From assembly GCF_009914755.1 (NCBI RefSeq), contig NC_060931.1: DNA of 64,000 nucleotides. The stretch is one strand, 5' to 3'. The notes under the pieces are model-generated. The model had not been told where the DNA came from and searched no databases. It worked only from the letters and a program-made list of their open reading frames with translations. The position numbers were made by a program, and so were the translations under genes. The stretch is from the human T2T-CHM13v2.0 reference genome, Homo sapiens. Shown here piece by piece: positions 1-12,147 of the stretch; position 1 is the stretch's first letter, and each line of letters opens with the position of its first letter.

Positions 1-622
1 TGGAAAACAGCCTGGCACCTTCTCAAGTGGTGAAATAGATTTACTATATGATCCCAAAATTCCACTCCTTGAAATATATGCAAGACAAATGAAAACATAT
101 ATCCAGACAAAAATGTATACACAAATGTTCATAGCAGCATTATTCAGAATAGCCAAAAAAGGAAACAATGCAAAAGTCCATCAGATAAAGAATGGGTGAA
201 TAAAATGTGGTATATCCATACAATGGAATATTAGTGGCAAGGAAAAGGAATGAAGTACTGATCCATGCTACAATGTGGCTAAACCTTGAAAGCATTATGC
301 TGAGTAAGAAAGAAGCCAGACACAAAAGGCTACATATAAGATTCCTTTTATACACAATGTCCAGAATAGACAAATGTACAGAGAAAGATAGATTAGTGGC
401 TACCTAGGGCTGGGGGCCATGTGGAGCTGGAGAGGGTGATGGCTAAGGGATTTGAGCTGTCTTTTTGCAGCAATAAGAATGTTCTAAAATTGATTGTGGT
501 GATGGTTGTGCAACTCTGTAATTATAGTAAAAGCTACTGAATTGCAAAAGCCATTGACTTGTACTCTTTAAATAGGTGAATTATACCAAATGTGAATATA
601 TCTCATTAAAGCTGTTTTTTAA
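1..622 (+). mobile_element. L1M (L1MB-like) 3' end fragment, truncated by window start
   Basis: Typical L1 ORF2-end/3'UTR text: 'aatgttcatagcagcattattc', 'aaaatgtggtatatccatacaatggaata', 'gttctaaaattgattgtggtgatggttg', ending 'tatctcattaaagctgttttttaa'. Confidence 0.88.
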
Positions 623-2189
623 GAGTACTTTAAATTCAAAAACTCTGCTTTTTAAATGTTTGAGAATCCTTTGTCCTTATAAAGAATTGATTCAAAGTTC
701 CATAAAGCGGATTCAGTTTCCAGATTGTGTTGATAAGACTTGCCCATGGCTGGCCACCCCGTCATCTCTAGCAGAGGGTGTGTGAGAATGGCCGTTGGCT
801 CCAGCTTCCTGGGAGGGGAGACCCAAGGCCCAGGAAGAAAGCGATGAGTCCTTTCTCATCCAAAGGTGCATGCCCAAGATACCTGCTTTGAGGTACTTCC
901 CATCCACCTTCTCCATTACAATGGAAGGCAACAAAGCCAACAGGAAGCACCTTGTCCATGTGCACCATGAGTCAAGTCACATGTAGGACCCAGCCAAGGA
1001 CCTAGAGTCCCTGCCACATCCCAGAACCACACTTAGGTAGCAGGTACCAGGCCTCTGAGCTGGAAGCAATGTGGGGGAAGATGCGCCCACCTCCTGCTCA
1101 CTCCTGCCTCTCTTGGTCATTCCACAGAGTTCCAGAGAAAGAGATAAAGGAGACAAAGAAAGAAAAGAAGAAAAGAGCATGCAGAGACCAGTTGGAAAAT
1201 AAAAGGGGGCCAATTCCCTCTTATTAAGCCTGTTATTAGGCTGCGAATCAAATTAAACCACAGGGCTTTCCACTTACAGAGTGCTATTTTAAGGCTTATT
1301 AGACTATATTAGGATTGGCATACATTTCCACTGACATAATATCGGCCTTTAATTGGATTTAAGGGCGAGGAGGCTGCATTCAGCTGGAATAGGGTCCCTG
1401 CAAGGAGAAACTTGCTATTCTCCTCACAGCTTCCCCACTTCCCCTGCTGGCTGCCATCCCAGGGGCTGGGCAGACCCTGTAACCCTTTCAGATCCAAAAC
1501 ACAGCTTTTTTCCTCCTCCTCCTCCTCTGATAAGTGCCCAGAGGCCGAAGCAGGCCCCCCTCTCGCCTACGTGTGCCCATCCCTGACTGGCCAGCTTCCG
1601 GTACTCGGTGGCTGTAGGAGGTGCAGAGCTGTGCGTGCCTGCCGAGGCTGGGCAGCAGACTTCAGACTGTGAGTAGAGCCCCAGGGAGGGAGGCCAGCCT
1701 CCCCCTCCTGCTTCCAAGCTGCCGTGGGCGAGATTGGCAGTGGGAGGTGCAGGAGTTTTTCATGGGACAGTGATGAAAAGGGGGACTTGGGGTTGGAAGC
1801 AGAGTTTACCTTGACCTTTGAATCTCCTCCCATCCCCTGCCTGGTCAATCCTTGAAAGACCCTCAGGGGCACGTGGTAGAACCTGAATACAGGAGGGATA
1901 TGGGAAAAAGTTCACACACTATGGGGAAGCGAACACTCTCCGGGCTGGTGGCAGTTTCCAGACACTTGTGACCAACTTCTCAAAGCTGCAGCATCCTCCT
2001 ACGTAAAATAGGAACACGCTTTCCTTCCACTCGGGATTGCTTTGAGAATTAATTGAGATAATACAGCTAAAGTGGTGAGTAGGAGGCTTAATAACGTTTA
2101 GTGCCTTCTCCCCTTTGCTGTACAAATTTCAGATCTTTCTACCAAAAGGCATCATAAAAGTAACAGACCTCACCAGTCAAGTACGTTGC

Positions 2190-2900
2190 AAAATAATCTT
2201 GGGAGGGGAAATATCTTGGTACAGAGACAAGTATGTATGAAATATCACTTCCCAAAATATTGCTCAAACATGAAAAAAAAATCCCAAATTCCTTAACATT
2301 TTCCACTAATATATGTGAACGTCGCCTGCTCCCACTTGCCAAGATGTTTCTTGGCTATACTTTGATGTCTTCAATTTCCACGCTTGTTTTTAGCTCTTCT
2401 GCCAGAGCCATGTGCTTGTTTATTTTTACTACATTTTTATGACGTTTCTGCTATTGCAATAAGTTTTGCATTATTAGTTTTATCAAATAACAGAATGTCT
2501 GGTTGGCTGGCTGAGATTTATTGGCCCAGTTTTTATGGCTCCATCCCAGAACACTTTTTGTGATTACTTTCTAAGTTGTTCTTAGATCCATTCTTAAATA
2601 TGTGCTTATTCCTTTATTAAATCACATCTGAGGACTAATTGTTATGGTATAAACTTAGCATCAGTGCAATGCCAATTGCTATAATCTTACCATTATTACT
2701 TAATCACAGGTTTGTGTACTCGGTTCTATGCAACATATATATATATATATGTTGGAAAAGTTGCTTGGAAAGCTGAAATTTACAAACTGCATTTCTTCCT
2801 ATATTCACTAGGAAGTTTCTCCTCCTAATACATATTATCTCACCTTGAAATATCTGTTTGGCAAGTTCTGTTTATTTGGGATGTTGACTTTCCTGAAGCT
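2190..2900 (-). mobile_element. Highly decayed L1M(E) fragment
   Basis: AT-rich block resembling antisense L1 ('acattttccactaatatatgtgaacg...cccacttgccaag'). Boundaries approximate. Confidence 0.4.
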
Positions 2901-3465
2901 CGAGGAAAACCTTATTACAAAACAAAACAAAAAAACACAAGCATGATTTATTTCATCCCTGCATTAGCTTCCTCTGCTGTTCTTATTTGACCCAATAAGT
3001 CTATGAATGACTTGGTTCTATGGTTGAGAGGCAGAGAAAGGATGAATTTCCTCCATTTATTATGGGGAGAACTTGAGGTGGGGGGCAAGCAGTATCTTGC
3101 TCAGCCCTGCAATGAGGTGTCAGTTGTCCTGTTTTCTGCAAGGAAGGTCCTCATAGCCTGGCAATAATGAAGTCTGTTGTGCTTCTTGAAAGCTTTGCAA
3201 CCCCTGAAAGTCTGAATTCTTTTCAAGTCAGATCTGTTTTCCTCATGGAGCCTGAGCCCAGGGTTTTCTTCTCCCGTCCAACCCCCAACACATGTCCTCA
3301 TTGCTCACTGACCCCCAGAGAGTTCCACATCAGTAAGAGTGGGACCTCCTGGAATGTTCCCCCAAGGGGACATCAAAGGAGCAACTGTCCTGGCGGGTTT
3401 GGATTAATGGCATCTGAATCATTACAGCCAGAAATGTGTATGCCTGTAAGCCTGGGGCACCAACA

Positions 3466-3492
3466 GTGTGTGCGTGTGTGTGTGTGTGTGTG
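3466..3492. repeat. (TG)n microsatellite
   Basis: gtgtgtgcgtgtgtgtgtgtgtgtgtg. Confidence 0.9.
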
Positions 3493-4479
3493 AGTGCACT
3501 GCACACTGAGCCTGTGCATATTAAGGGGTTTAAATCAGGAATGAGCGCAAATCCACAAACATGTATCCCTGTGAACTCACGGTACTCACAATTTAGCCAG
3601 GAGGAGTTTTTATTTGAAACCCACTGGGGTCTAAAATCTTTTTAGGGCTCAGTTTTCTGGAGTTGAAGTGTTTTACATTCCCACTTCTGCTCCTATTCTA
3701 CTACAGTTCTTCTTTCCCCATCAGGGAATAGACTATTCTGATGGCAGAGGGTGGTAGGCAGGAGCCTTTCATAAAAATAACTTTTGATCATAATGCATCA
3801 TCATTATCATCAGCGCTATTTAGCTCTAACGCAGGTAGGTCACTGGAGTAGGGGCAGGCTTCTTGGTGAATGGCTCTTGGATGTGCTTTTTTGTCCACAT
3901 GTGTGTGTCCTAATGTACCCCTGCTCTGCAGATGGCTCTAATTAATCAGGACAGTGAAAGCTCTTGGAGAGGGATTCTTTTTCTTCAAAAAGGAAGATGC
4001 TCTAGCTCCTCCCTCCACTTAGCAACCAGCACGTACAGATGTGGCAAAGGCAGAGAAATAGAGAAGTGGTAGGAAGTTTCACAAGGGCCCTTTGGGAGGC
4101 AACTTGCTGACAGCCACAGGAAAATGTGGAGAAGGTGCCTGAGCCCCTTTTCAGCATGAGCATAAATGAGTCTAGTGGTTGTGGAACACAATTCGTAAAA
4201 GATGACACAAATGCCTGCTTTCTTCTACTGGTCTTATTTTAGGGGTGTTCAGGATCCAAGTACTCCTTCCTTAGGTGAAACTCTCCACGATGGGAGGTCT
4301 TGGTTTCAGGCAGGACCAAGAGCCCCCACTTTGGAAGTTCAAAGAGCCAGATGCCCCCTCTTCCTGCCTCTAGTGGTCAGGGCCCTGGGCTGGTTCATGA
4401 AGCCTTGCTCCCAAGCCTTTGGATCTCCAGCAGGTAATGCACTGGTAAGGAAGGCTGCTTAGACACTTTTCAGGATGTC

Positions 4480-4698
4480 AGTGGTGAGTTACCGCAGGGA
4501 TGACGCTTCCTGCTAAGAGATGGCTATCACCCTTCCAGCTTCCCGTGTCCCAATTCCTGAACTTCGTCCAAGTCTGTTCCTCCAGCTAGCCATCAATTCT
4601 GGGAGGGCTTGATATCCTTCTTCATAAATTCCCTTTTTGATTTAAAATAACCTGAGTCAGTCTCTGTTAGTTGCAAGTGAAACATCCTAACTGATAAA
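4480..4698 (+). mobile_element. ERVL-class LTR 3' portion (LTR33/LTR16-like)
   Basis: Ends 'tatccttcttcataaattccctttttgatttaaaataacctgagtcagtctctgttagttgcaagtgaaacatcctaactgataaa', matching the recalled LTR33/LTR16 terminus. The 5' extent is uncertain. Confidence 0.65.
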
Positions 4699-4712
4699 TC
4701 CCCCAGGACAGC

Positions 4713-4720
4713 TGACGTCA
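4713..4720. promoter_or_regulatory. Full palindromic CRE (TGACGTCA)
   Basis: 'cagcTGACGTCAg'. Motif match only. Confidence 0.35.
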
Positions 4721-4830
4721 GATTTCATTAGCTGAAAGGGGTGAGCCCCACTGGCTGTGAGCAAAAAGTGCACCCCACTTTCATCACAAGTCTGGACAAA
4801 TGAGACTGTTGGGTGCTCGGCAGACTCTCC

Positions 4831-5330
4831 CATTCAGCCGATTAATATTTCCCTGGTACTAACCATGTGCCTGGCACTGCCCTAGGAATGAGAGATGCAG
4901 CCACAAATAGGAGAAAATCCCTTTTCTCATGTAGTTTGTATCCTAGTGTGGGATGAGACAAGCAATTACAAATAGGCATATAAATCCCTCTGCCTATGCC
5001 TAGGAAGAGAGGGAGGAGGGGTAGAGGGCAAGGGGGAAGGGGGAAAAATCAAGAGGCTTTGGGGAGGGAGAGAGAAGGAGAAAAATGGAGATCATATGAT
5101 GCCAACAGAGAAAAGTGTTTCCAGAAGGAGGGAGTATTCATTTTGTAAAGTGTACGAGGAGGTAGGAAGGTACCATTTTGTTAAATGATAGAGGGTAGAT
5201 TTCTATAGTAGGACAAGGCTGAGAAATGACCCCAACATATCAGTGGGCAGCTGATGCAGGTTTAAGGGGAAGAGCGAGGAGGGGGTTTAGGATAGGAGAG
5301 CAAGAGGGGAGATATTTAATGCTCCTTTTG
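4831..5330 (-). mobile_element. L2 fragments
   Basis: 'ccatgtgcctggcactgccctaggaatgagagatgcagc' and 'agagaaaagtgtttccagaaggagggagt' are antisense L2 hallmarks. Confidence 0.65.
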
Positions 5331-7892
5331 AACGTGCATTAATGGACTTGGGATATCCAGTTTCGAAGAACTGCTTTAGAAAGGGAAACCACTTTACTCA
5401 TACAAGGTGAAGACATCTTAAGCCAGATCTTCCTAGAAGCTCTACCTGGCAGATCGGTGAGAAGCTGGGGTTCTATTTTTTTCCCAACTGGGCCCTCCAG
5501 TGGGTCTGTTTTTCTATCCAGGTGCTCAAATGGGAAAGCCTGAAGCTCAGATACAGCTGTTTGTGTAAATGGCAAAGTTGGGTTTATAGCAATTTAATCA
5601 GCAGCATTAATAATGTCACCTAAGCTTAATGATACCAATTATAACCACAGTAAACATTGCTGAGCCGTTTATAAACAGTGATGTTCAAGATGAACTTCCT
5701 GCATTTGGTCAATGCTGTTGTTAAAAAACAAGACTAGAAGGTTCATGTTTTGAAGATTCCCATATTCTCACTCCTGTGCTGAAAAAACAGCGCCACATAA
5801 GGGCAAACCCCTGCAAGGATGTCATCCTCTTCCTCTCTTCACTACCTGCTTTGGTCATTTCCCAAGGCCAGATCTGCATCCACCGCTGTTGTCCACCAAA
5901 ACAGAGTAAGGCTACGGCAGGAGTATTATGGACCTAACCATGCCAGAACAAGGACACAGTTGGATAATTATTCTAGCCCAGGCAATATTGGTTCCCTCTA
6001 TTAAGCAAGTTCTGAGAAGTCCAGGGGAAAACAAAAGGGATTGTTAAAGGTCAGATAGAGCCCATCAAAATTCTAATCAAAACAGAAGTTGGAGGCAGGA
6101 CTTCGTAAGAGCTATTCCTCTCCATGGGTGGCTCTCATATGAGAAATGGAAGCTAGCCTTCCTTTTCTGAGGAAGGAACATGTATTAGAGAGTCAAAAGT
6201 ACTCCCTGAGGGATTCTAATTAGAGGATGAGGAAGACAGAGGGGCCTGGGGAAGGATTCCTAAGGAAGGTTGTGAAACCACCTGTTTCCAAAGGGCTTCA
6301 ACGTTAAAGGCAACATCTCTGCCTATGAGAGGTGTGGTGTCCAAATGGAGAGATGGGTGTTGGCTAAGGAATGTCGACCAGCCAGAGTCTCTTCCAGACC
6401 CAAAAGCCTGGAAAAAATGTACATGTGGCTAGAGACACCATCTTCATCTAAAAACAGCAGAACTTTCCAACCTTTTTCATGGCAGCCACAGGAAATGATA
6501 ATCTTTGCAGGGCACATGGAGTAAACAGAGGGGAGGCTGGAGAGCCAGCCTGCTCAGCTGAGAGCGTGGAACACTGAGTGCCAAGCTCTGTGCCCTGCAT
6601 TTCACATGCCCTCCCTCTTTCCTTTGCATCCTTCTTGCCTTCCTAATCCGCCTCAGCAAAGGGCTTCTTGCACGGTTTTCTCGTCATCAGGAGTGCATGT
6701 CTCAAGGAAAACTGCTCTTGTCCACATTCTCAGCCAAATGAGAGTATCAATTCATTTGTTCATTGTAAATAGAGTAGTGCAATAGTTTGGTCCTGAATCC
6801 GTGTTCAGTTTGGAATCTTAAGAGACCAAGATGCCAAAATACCTGCATGGCAGCGTGTTGTCTTTCCCCTGGTTGCCATGAAGATAGGATCCGCTGGAGC
6901 CTCTGACATCCCATCTCAAGCATGTGAGGGGCTCAGAACTTTTCCTAAGAGGAATTAAGGTCTGTCCTCATTCAATTTGTAGAAAGCCACTCAGCCTTCT
7001 CTTTGCTGCCAACACAAACCTTCTTTTCAGTCTAACCTCCCTGAAGATAGCAGACTCTTCAGGGGATTTTACTGCAGTGTTTGGAAATTGCATTGTGTTT
7101 TTATAGATTTGTGCGTACACCTGGTGGTCTTAGAACTCCACAGGCAACTCTAGTAAATAAATACCAGCTCTGGGCCGAGCCCAAGTTAAAGTGAAGGATT
7201 TTGTTAGGCCAAAGTCAGCGAAAGGAATTACAGAGAAATCCATGCCAGAAAGCAGGAGATTGTTAGACACAGAGCACTCCATTCAGGGGAAAGGACAACA
7301 ATATATTTTTTTCCCAGCCAGTGTGTCTCAATGGAGATGAGGATTTGTGAACAAGATTCAAATTCCACTGCCACCACTAACTTGCTTTTTAGAATCCAAA
7401 ATGAAGTCTTCCTGTGACTGCGTCTATGTGGCATCAACTATTTGGAAGGGAATTGAGACGTTTATTTAATTATCCAGATATTTTGAAATATACAAATCCT
7501 TTTTGTTCCCCACTTCCAATTCAGATGTTTGTCATCTGTAGCAAGCATGTGTGACTCAGGTTTCTCATCTGAAACCGGGGTTGGGTGGAGGTTCAAGTTC
7601 ACTTGTCTACAAGGGATGCCCTTTCTACTAACAAGTGAGCCTGAAGCAATATACCCACAGTCTTTTGGGGGAGAGCAAAGTTTTAAGAAAAGATATTGCC
7701 TGCCAGTGTAGCTAGAGAGCAGTAGCTCTCAAATGGCCTAGTAATTTGGAGGAGAGGGTTGGTGGAGAAGAAAACGGAAGGAGGATATGACTGTGTTTTA
7801 TTAGATTACTTGGAAGTAATTAGCCATATAGAATCTTTGGGTATGGCCGTTTAGAGGTTCCAGGCCATTATTTACTCACAGTTAATTCCTTA

Positions 7893-8265
7893 ATGCATGT
7901 GTTCATTCAACAAATATTAAGTTGATGCCTACTCTATGACAGTGACTTGGGTAGGTGCTAGGAATAAAGGGATAAAAACAAGCTTTTTAAAACAACTTCT
8001 ACAAGTGAGTATATAATTACATCTATGTCAAGTTCTGTGAAGAAAAGATGAATGCAGTTATGAGCGAGTATCACTGGGCACAATCTCATAGGCAGGGCTA
8101 GGGTGGGCTTGCTCAGGACAGAGCAGGGTGATTGAGACTTGAAGGTTGAAGACAGGCAGGGCCAGACAAGGCAAGGACTGGGAAGGTCAGGGTCTTGCAG
8201 GCTACATAAGGGGCACTTGATTTTATCATGGATGCAAGGAGAATCCACTGAAGGGCTTAAAATCA
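7893..8265 (-). mobile_element. L2 3' fragment
   Basis: 'ttcattcaacaaatattaagttgatgcctactctatg...aggtgctaggaataaag' and 'ggagaatccactgaagggcttaaa'. Confidence 0.75.
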
Positions 8266-8269
8266 TTTA

Positions 8270-8930
8270 GAAGAAAAAGCACCAGAATCAGACCACCTGG
8301 GCTCTAGACCCAGACCAATGGCTTGACTAGTGAGGTGGCCCTGAGAAAGCCATTCGACCTTCCTGTCTCAGTTTTCTCCTCTGCAAATGGGTACTACAAA
8401 GAGACTCAAAGTTAGACCTGGAAGGCACCTGAGAGTTTTGTTTTGTTTTTTTATGTTCAGCCCCCTCCTATTTCAGAAGGAAAAAGTCAAGGCTGCTTTT
8501 TTTTTTTTTTTTTTTTTTTTTTATTCCTGAGACAGAGTCTTGCTTTGTCACGCAGGCTGGAGTACAGTGGCTCAATCTCAGCTCACTGCAACCCGTACCT
8601 TCAGAGTCAAGCAGTTCTCCTGCCTCAGCCTCCTAAGGAGCTGGAACCACAGGTGCATACCACCATGCCGGATTTTTGTATTTTTAGTAGAGACGGAGTT
8701 TCACCATGTTGGCCAGGCAGGTCTCTAACTCCTGACCTCAAGTGATCTGCCTGCCACGGTCTCCCAAAGTGCTGGGATTACAGGCATGAGCTACCGTGCC
8801 TGGCTGTCAAGGCTCCTAATACCTGTTCTGTTCACTTCATTTGACTGTGGCAGTAATCAAAAGAAATAATACATGTAAACATATTTTGTAAAATAAAGAA
8901 AAATGTATACCTAAGGTCTTAAATTATTAT
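8270..8930 (+). mobile_element. MIR split by an antisense MIR piece and an Alu
   Basis: 5' half 'tctcagttttctcctctgcaaatggg' (to ~8395) resumes at ~8818 with 'taatacctg...atcaaaagaaataatacatgtaaacatattttgtaaa'. Confidence 0.6.
8497..8805 (-). mobile_element. AluS (Sx/Sz-like)
   Basis: Poly-T tail, dimeric Alu, TSD 'gtcaaggct' at 8486-8494 and 8806-8814. Confidence 0.97.
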
Positions 8931-9273
8931 TTCTGATCTCTCCCACCCTGGCCACAAAGACTCACACATCTCAATGTTCCTAAGTATTAAGACAAGAGAG
9001 ATAAAAATAGAGATTTGCCTGCATGTGTCTACGTGTGTATGTCTGTGTCTTTGTATCTAAGTTTTTACTTCATTATCTATATCTAGAGAGAAAAAAGAAA
9101 AAAGATATTTGAGAGACTGGATGTAGTTCTAGGGCATTATTTACAGGGAGCGGGGAAGTCCTGAAAAATACCTTATCCCCTTGGGAGCAGTGACCTAATC
9201 AAGATGGCATAATTGCCTGTCTTATCTAAATGAAAGCATCATTTGAGAAACAGTAATGGGCCTCAGTGTGGTT

Positions 9274-9327
9274 TCAATTGCTATATAGTTCTCAATTGCT
9301 ATTGAGTTCTCATTTGCCATGGAGTTC
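9274..9327. repeat. Degenerate 18-bp x3 tandem repeat
   Basis: tcaattgctatatagttc / tcaattgctattgagttc / tcatttgccatggagttc. Confidence 0.8.
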
Positions 9328-10093
9328 AGCGGCTGAAGGGTAATTATAATGTTTAACAAATATATTCCCTTTAGGGACCTGATGTTAAAGACACAACATC
9401 CCTTTTCTTATCCTACCAGATTACACAGCTCCCGGGACCATTGCTATGTACCTTAAAAGCATGGGCACTTTCTCTCCCTAAGCTTACCTTTCTGCCAGGC
9501 AGTCACTAAGAAACACGGTCTCAGAGGGTGGGAGAGACCAAGAAGTCAGGACCTCCAGGTGGGCCTGTCCCTCATCCACATGAAGCTGCCATGAGAGTTC
9601 TTGTTGTCCCTCAGGCCTTGCTAATGAACCCCAAGACAGCTTAGGAGAATATGCTCTGTCAATTATTCATCCCCGCCAGGTCCCAGGCATCATCTTTGCC
9701 TATCCCATTGCACGAAGACAGGAGATTATAAGGATCAGAGCAAAGGTGGTGCTCACTAAAAATACAGATCAGATACTCAGTTTCTCTTTAGGACTATGGG
9801 GTTACCAAAAAATAAGGGTCCCGTTCTATCCTTTCCTTAGCAAGCATATAGCATACTCATGACAGGTCTTGCAGTGACATCTGAGCTGAATGATGTTTCG
9901 ACAACAACAAAAAGATAAAAATGGACCAATTTGGAAGAAGAGGCCCCAAACCCCCCATAGAGTTGTTGCAGGTGGCCAGTGCCTCTGTCCACCTCGGAGC
10001 TCAGAAGATGGCACAGAGGCCTGCGTGCTTGTAGAGAGAGAGACAGTGGGTGCTGCCCTCTGCATTGGGCTGGCTTTAGCATGCCCAGTCCTG

Positions 10094-10114
10094 CACAGCA
10101 CCCTGGATAGCCCC
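10094..10114 (+). promoter_or_regulatory. Candidate RE1/NRSE (REST site)
   Basis: cacagcaccctggatagcccc versus consensus TTCAGCACCNNGGACAGCNCC, with both half sites and the 2-nt spacer present. Confidence 0.5.
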
Positions 10115-10149
10115 TGTCTTGTTCTTCTTCCACCTCAAGTCTACCGAGT

Positions 10150-10280
10150 GCATTCTGCTTGGAGATGGGGGCCACATCTGCTGAATGCACATTTTATCCC
10201 TGGTGGTGGCTTTGTTCTTAACCTGGCATAGGAGCTCACTAAATGTTTGCAGAATGCATGGTAAATGGAGCAAAGAGATG
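10150..10280 (+). mobile_element. L2 3' end
   Basis: 'cctggcataggagctcactaaatgtttgcagaatgcatg'. Confidence 0.6.
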
Positions 10281-11778
10281 AGTAAAATTGATTGTATTAC
10301 TTCCAGCTGCCTGACAGTCTGCTTGAAGATACTGGCCTTAACATGGATCGTCCTCCATGCCATCCACTTCCCCAGGGACTCAGCTGTAATGAGCGCTAGG
10401 GGGTGGGTTGCTGCTCTGCTCCAGATGTGAACTCATGGGGTACTTTCCAGGGAAAACTAGGAAGAGGTAGGAGAGAGAGAAGTGTCACAGGTTGGCAGAT
10501 GACAATCATGAGGGCTGTCCACTGTGCCAGCCCAGTGACAGAAACCAGCCTCTTCAAAGGCCCCTGCAGGCCCACGATGCCTTGTGTGTGCACTCACTGC
10601 TTGGAGAACAGAGCCAACACGTGTTGTGCTGTAGGTACCTCGTGGGCTACAGAAAATGATGCGTTGATTGATTTGCTTATTGGGCCTTTTATTTATTGTG
10701 CCCAGAGTGATGGGTGAATTTAGTAAAGGAAGGAGGAAAGGGACAATCAAGTTTGAGAATGGTCTGTCAGCTGCAGAGAGGCTGCACCACAACCAGTTAT
10801 TAGCTTAGAAAATAAGATTTCTCCCCAATCCTCACTTTCTCTTTTGCTAAGAGAATATTTTTTCCAACCTACATTAATATAAGAAAAATAAAAAATGTGG
10901 AGAGTGGGGCAGAAGGAGGAAAGGTTAGAGCAGGAACAGGGAGTGAGGCCAGAAATTTGTTTAACAGAATCATTTCTGTGCCTCCTTGAACACTTTGATT
11001 AAAGCCAGGGGACTAAATCAAAGCCACTGAAAGGAAGAATAAAAAGATGTCTGAAAACAATTTTGTTTGCTGGAATTTTCCCTCCTGTGTTCTATTATGG
11101 TGGGGGTGTGGCTGTGTGTGTGTGTGTGCACGCGTGCGTGAAAAAAAGTTCTATTTTGTCCTCCTTTGATCTTTCAAAGAAAAGAACATTTAAAAAAGGA
11201 AAAGAAGAAGAGAAATTGATATCAATATTGTTCCTTTTCTTTCCTTCACTTCCATCAATAACTCAACTGGATCTAAAGTGAGGTATGAATACCAATTAAG
11301 CCCAGGCAATCCACAAATGAAAACCTGCAGCATGTAATAAGAGAGGGTTTCCAAGGCCACTACAGCCACCAGGGGTTCTCTTAATCATAGGTCCTCTCCC
11401 CTCCCCTGGGCCCACTTAAGTCATAAGACCATTTAGAGGCCTTGATACATCATCAAGTAAGGCCAAGATGGGAAGAGCAAGATGGAGAGGCCTCCAGTTC
11501 ATACTTCCGTCTTCAATGGGTTTGCTGTAGAGCCACCTGCAGGGAGGGATCCTATTGATGTGGTAGAGCTGCTACAATCTCAGAGAAGTGGCTTGAGATA
11601 GCAATATTCAAATAAGACAAGACCATAAGCACTCATTTCTGGGTTGGGAATTGGTGTAACTAGCCCCCTTGCTCTCCAAAGAGGAACACACGCTTTCTAT
11701 GCATCTTCAAAACTTCACATAAAATAGTGATAAATCAGGGGCACCCAGACTAAGAAACTGATGCAAATGCTAGAAGTG

Positions 11779-11971
11779 CAGAGATGGGAGTAAGCTGCAA
11801 CTTGCACGCTAACTCTGACTGACTGATAGTGACTTCCTATAGTGCTGTGTTAAGAATGACTATGGGGTTGAATTTTCACTTAGTCAGAAAGTATAGTGAC
11901 CCGTTAACTGATGTCTGCCATAAGGGTTAGAAGAAAGTCCTGGTATCACATGCTATGTGTATGCCAACCTG
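11779..11971. mobile_element. hAT-Charlie MITE (MER117-like)
   Basis: Termini 'cagagatgg...gccaacctg'. Internal 'gtgctgtgttaagaatga' and 'tgatgtctgccat' match the recalled MER117 consensus. Confidence 0.6.
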
Positions 11972-12147
11972 GTACACTTAAAAGAACACTTGACTTGAAG
12001 TCAAAAGACTATAAACCATGACTTTGGGAAAGACACATAGCTTTTCTGAGTCACAGGCCCTATCATTAAAAATAATAATAACAACAGGAAAACTAATGTA
12101 CATATATGAATTTTGTAATTTGTGAAATATGCATGCATGCTACCTCT

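Noticed and set aside
8443-8745. Alu-derived ORFs (also 12419, 15563, 19175, 28159, 41037, 45720, 57875)
   Set aside because: Standard translations of Alu sequence.
9274-9327. CRISPR-like array (also the 34671-34719 direct repeat)
   Set aside because: Only 2-3 units, no unique spacers of uniform length, no cas genes, and a eukaryotic context.
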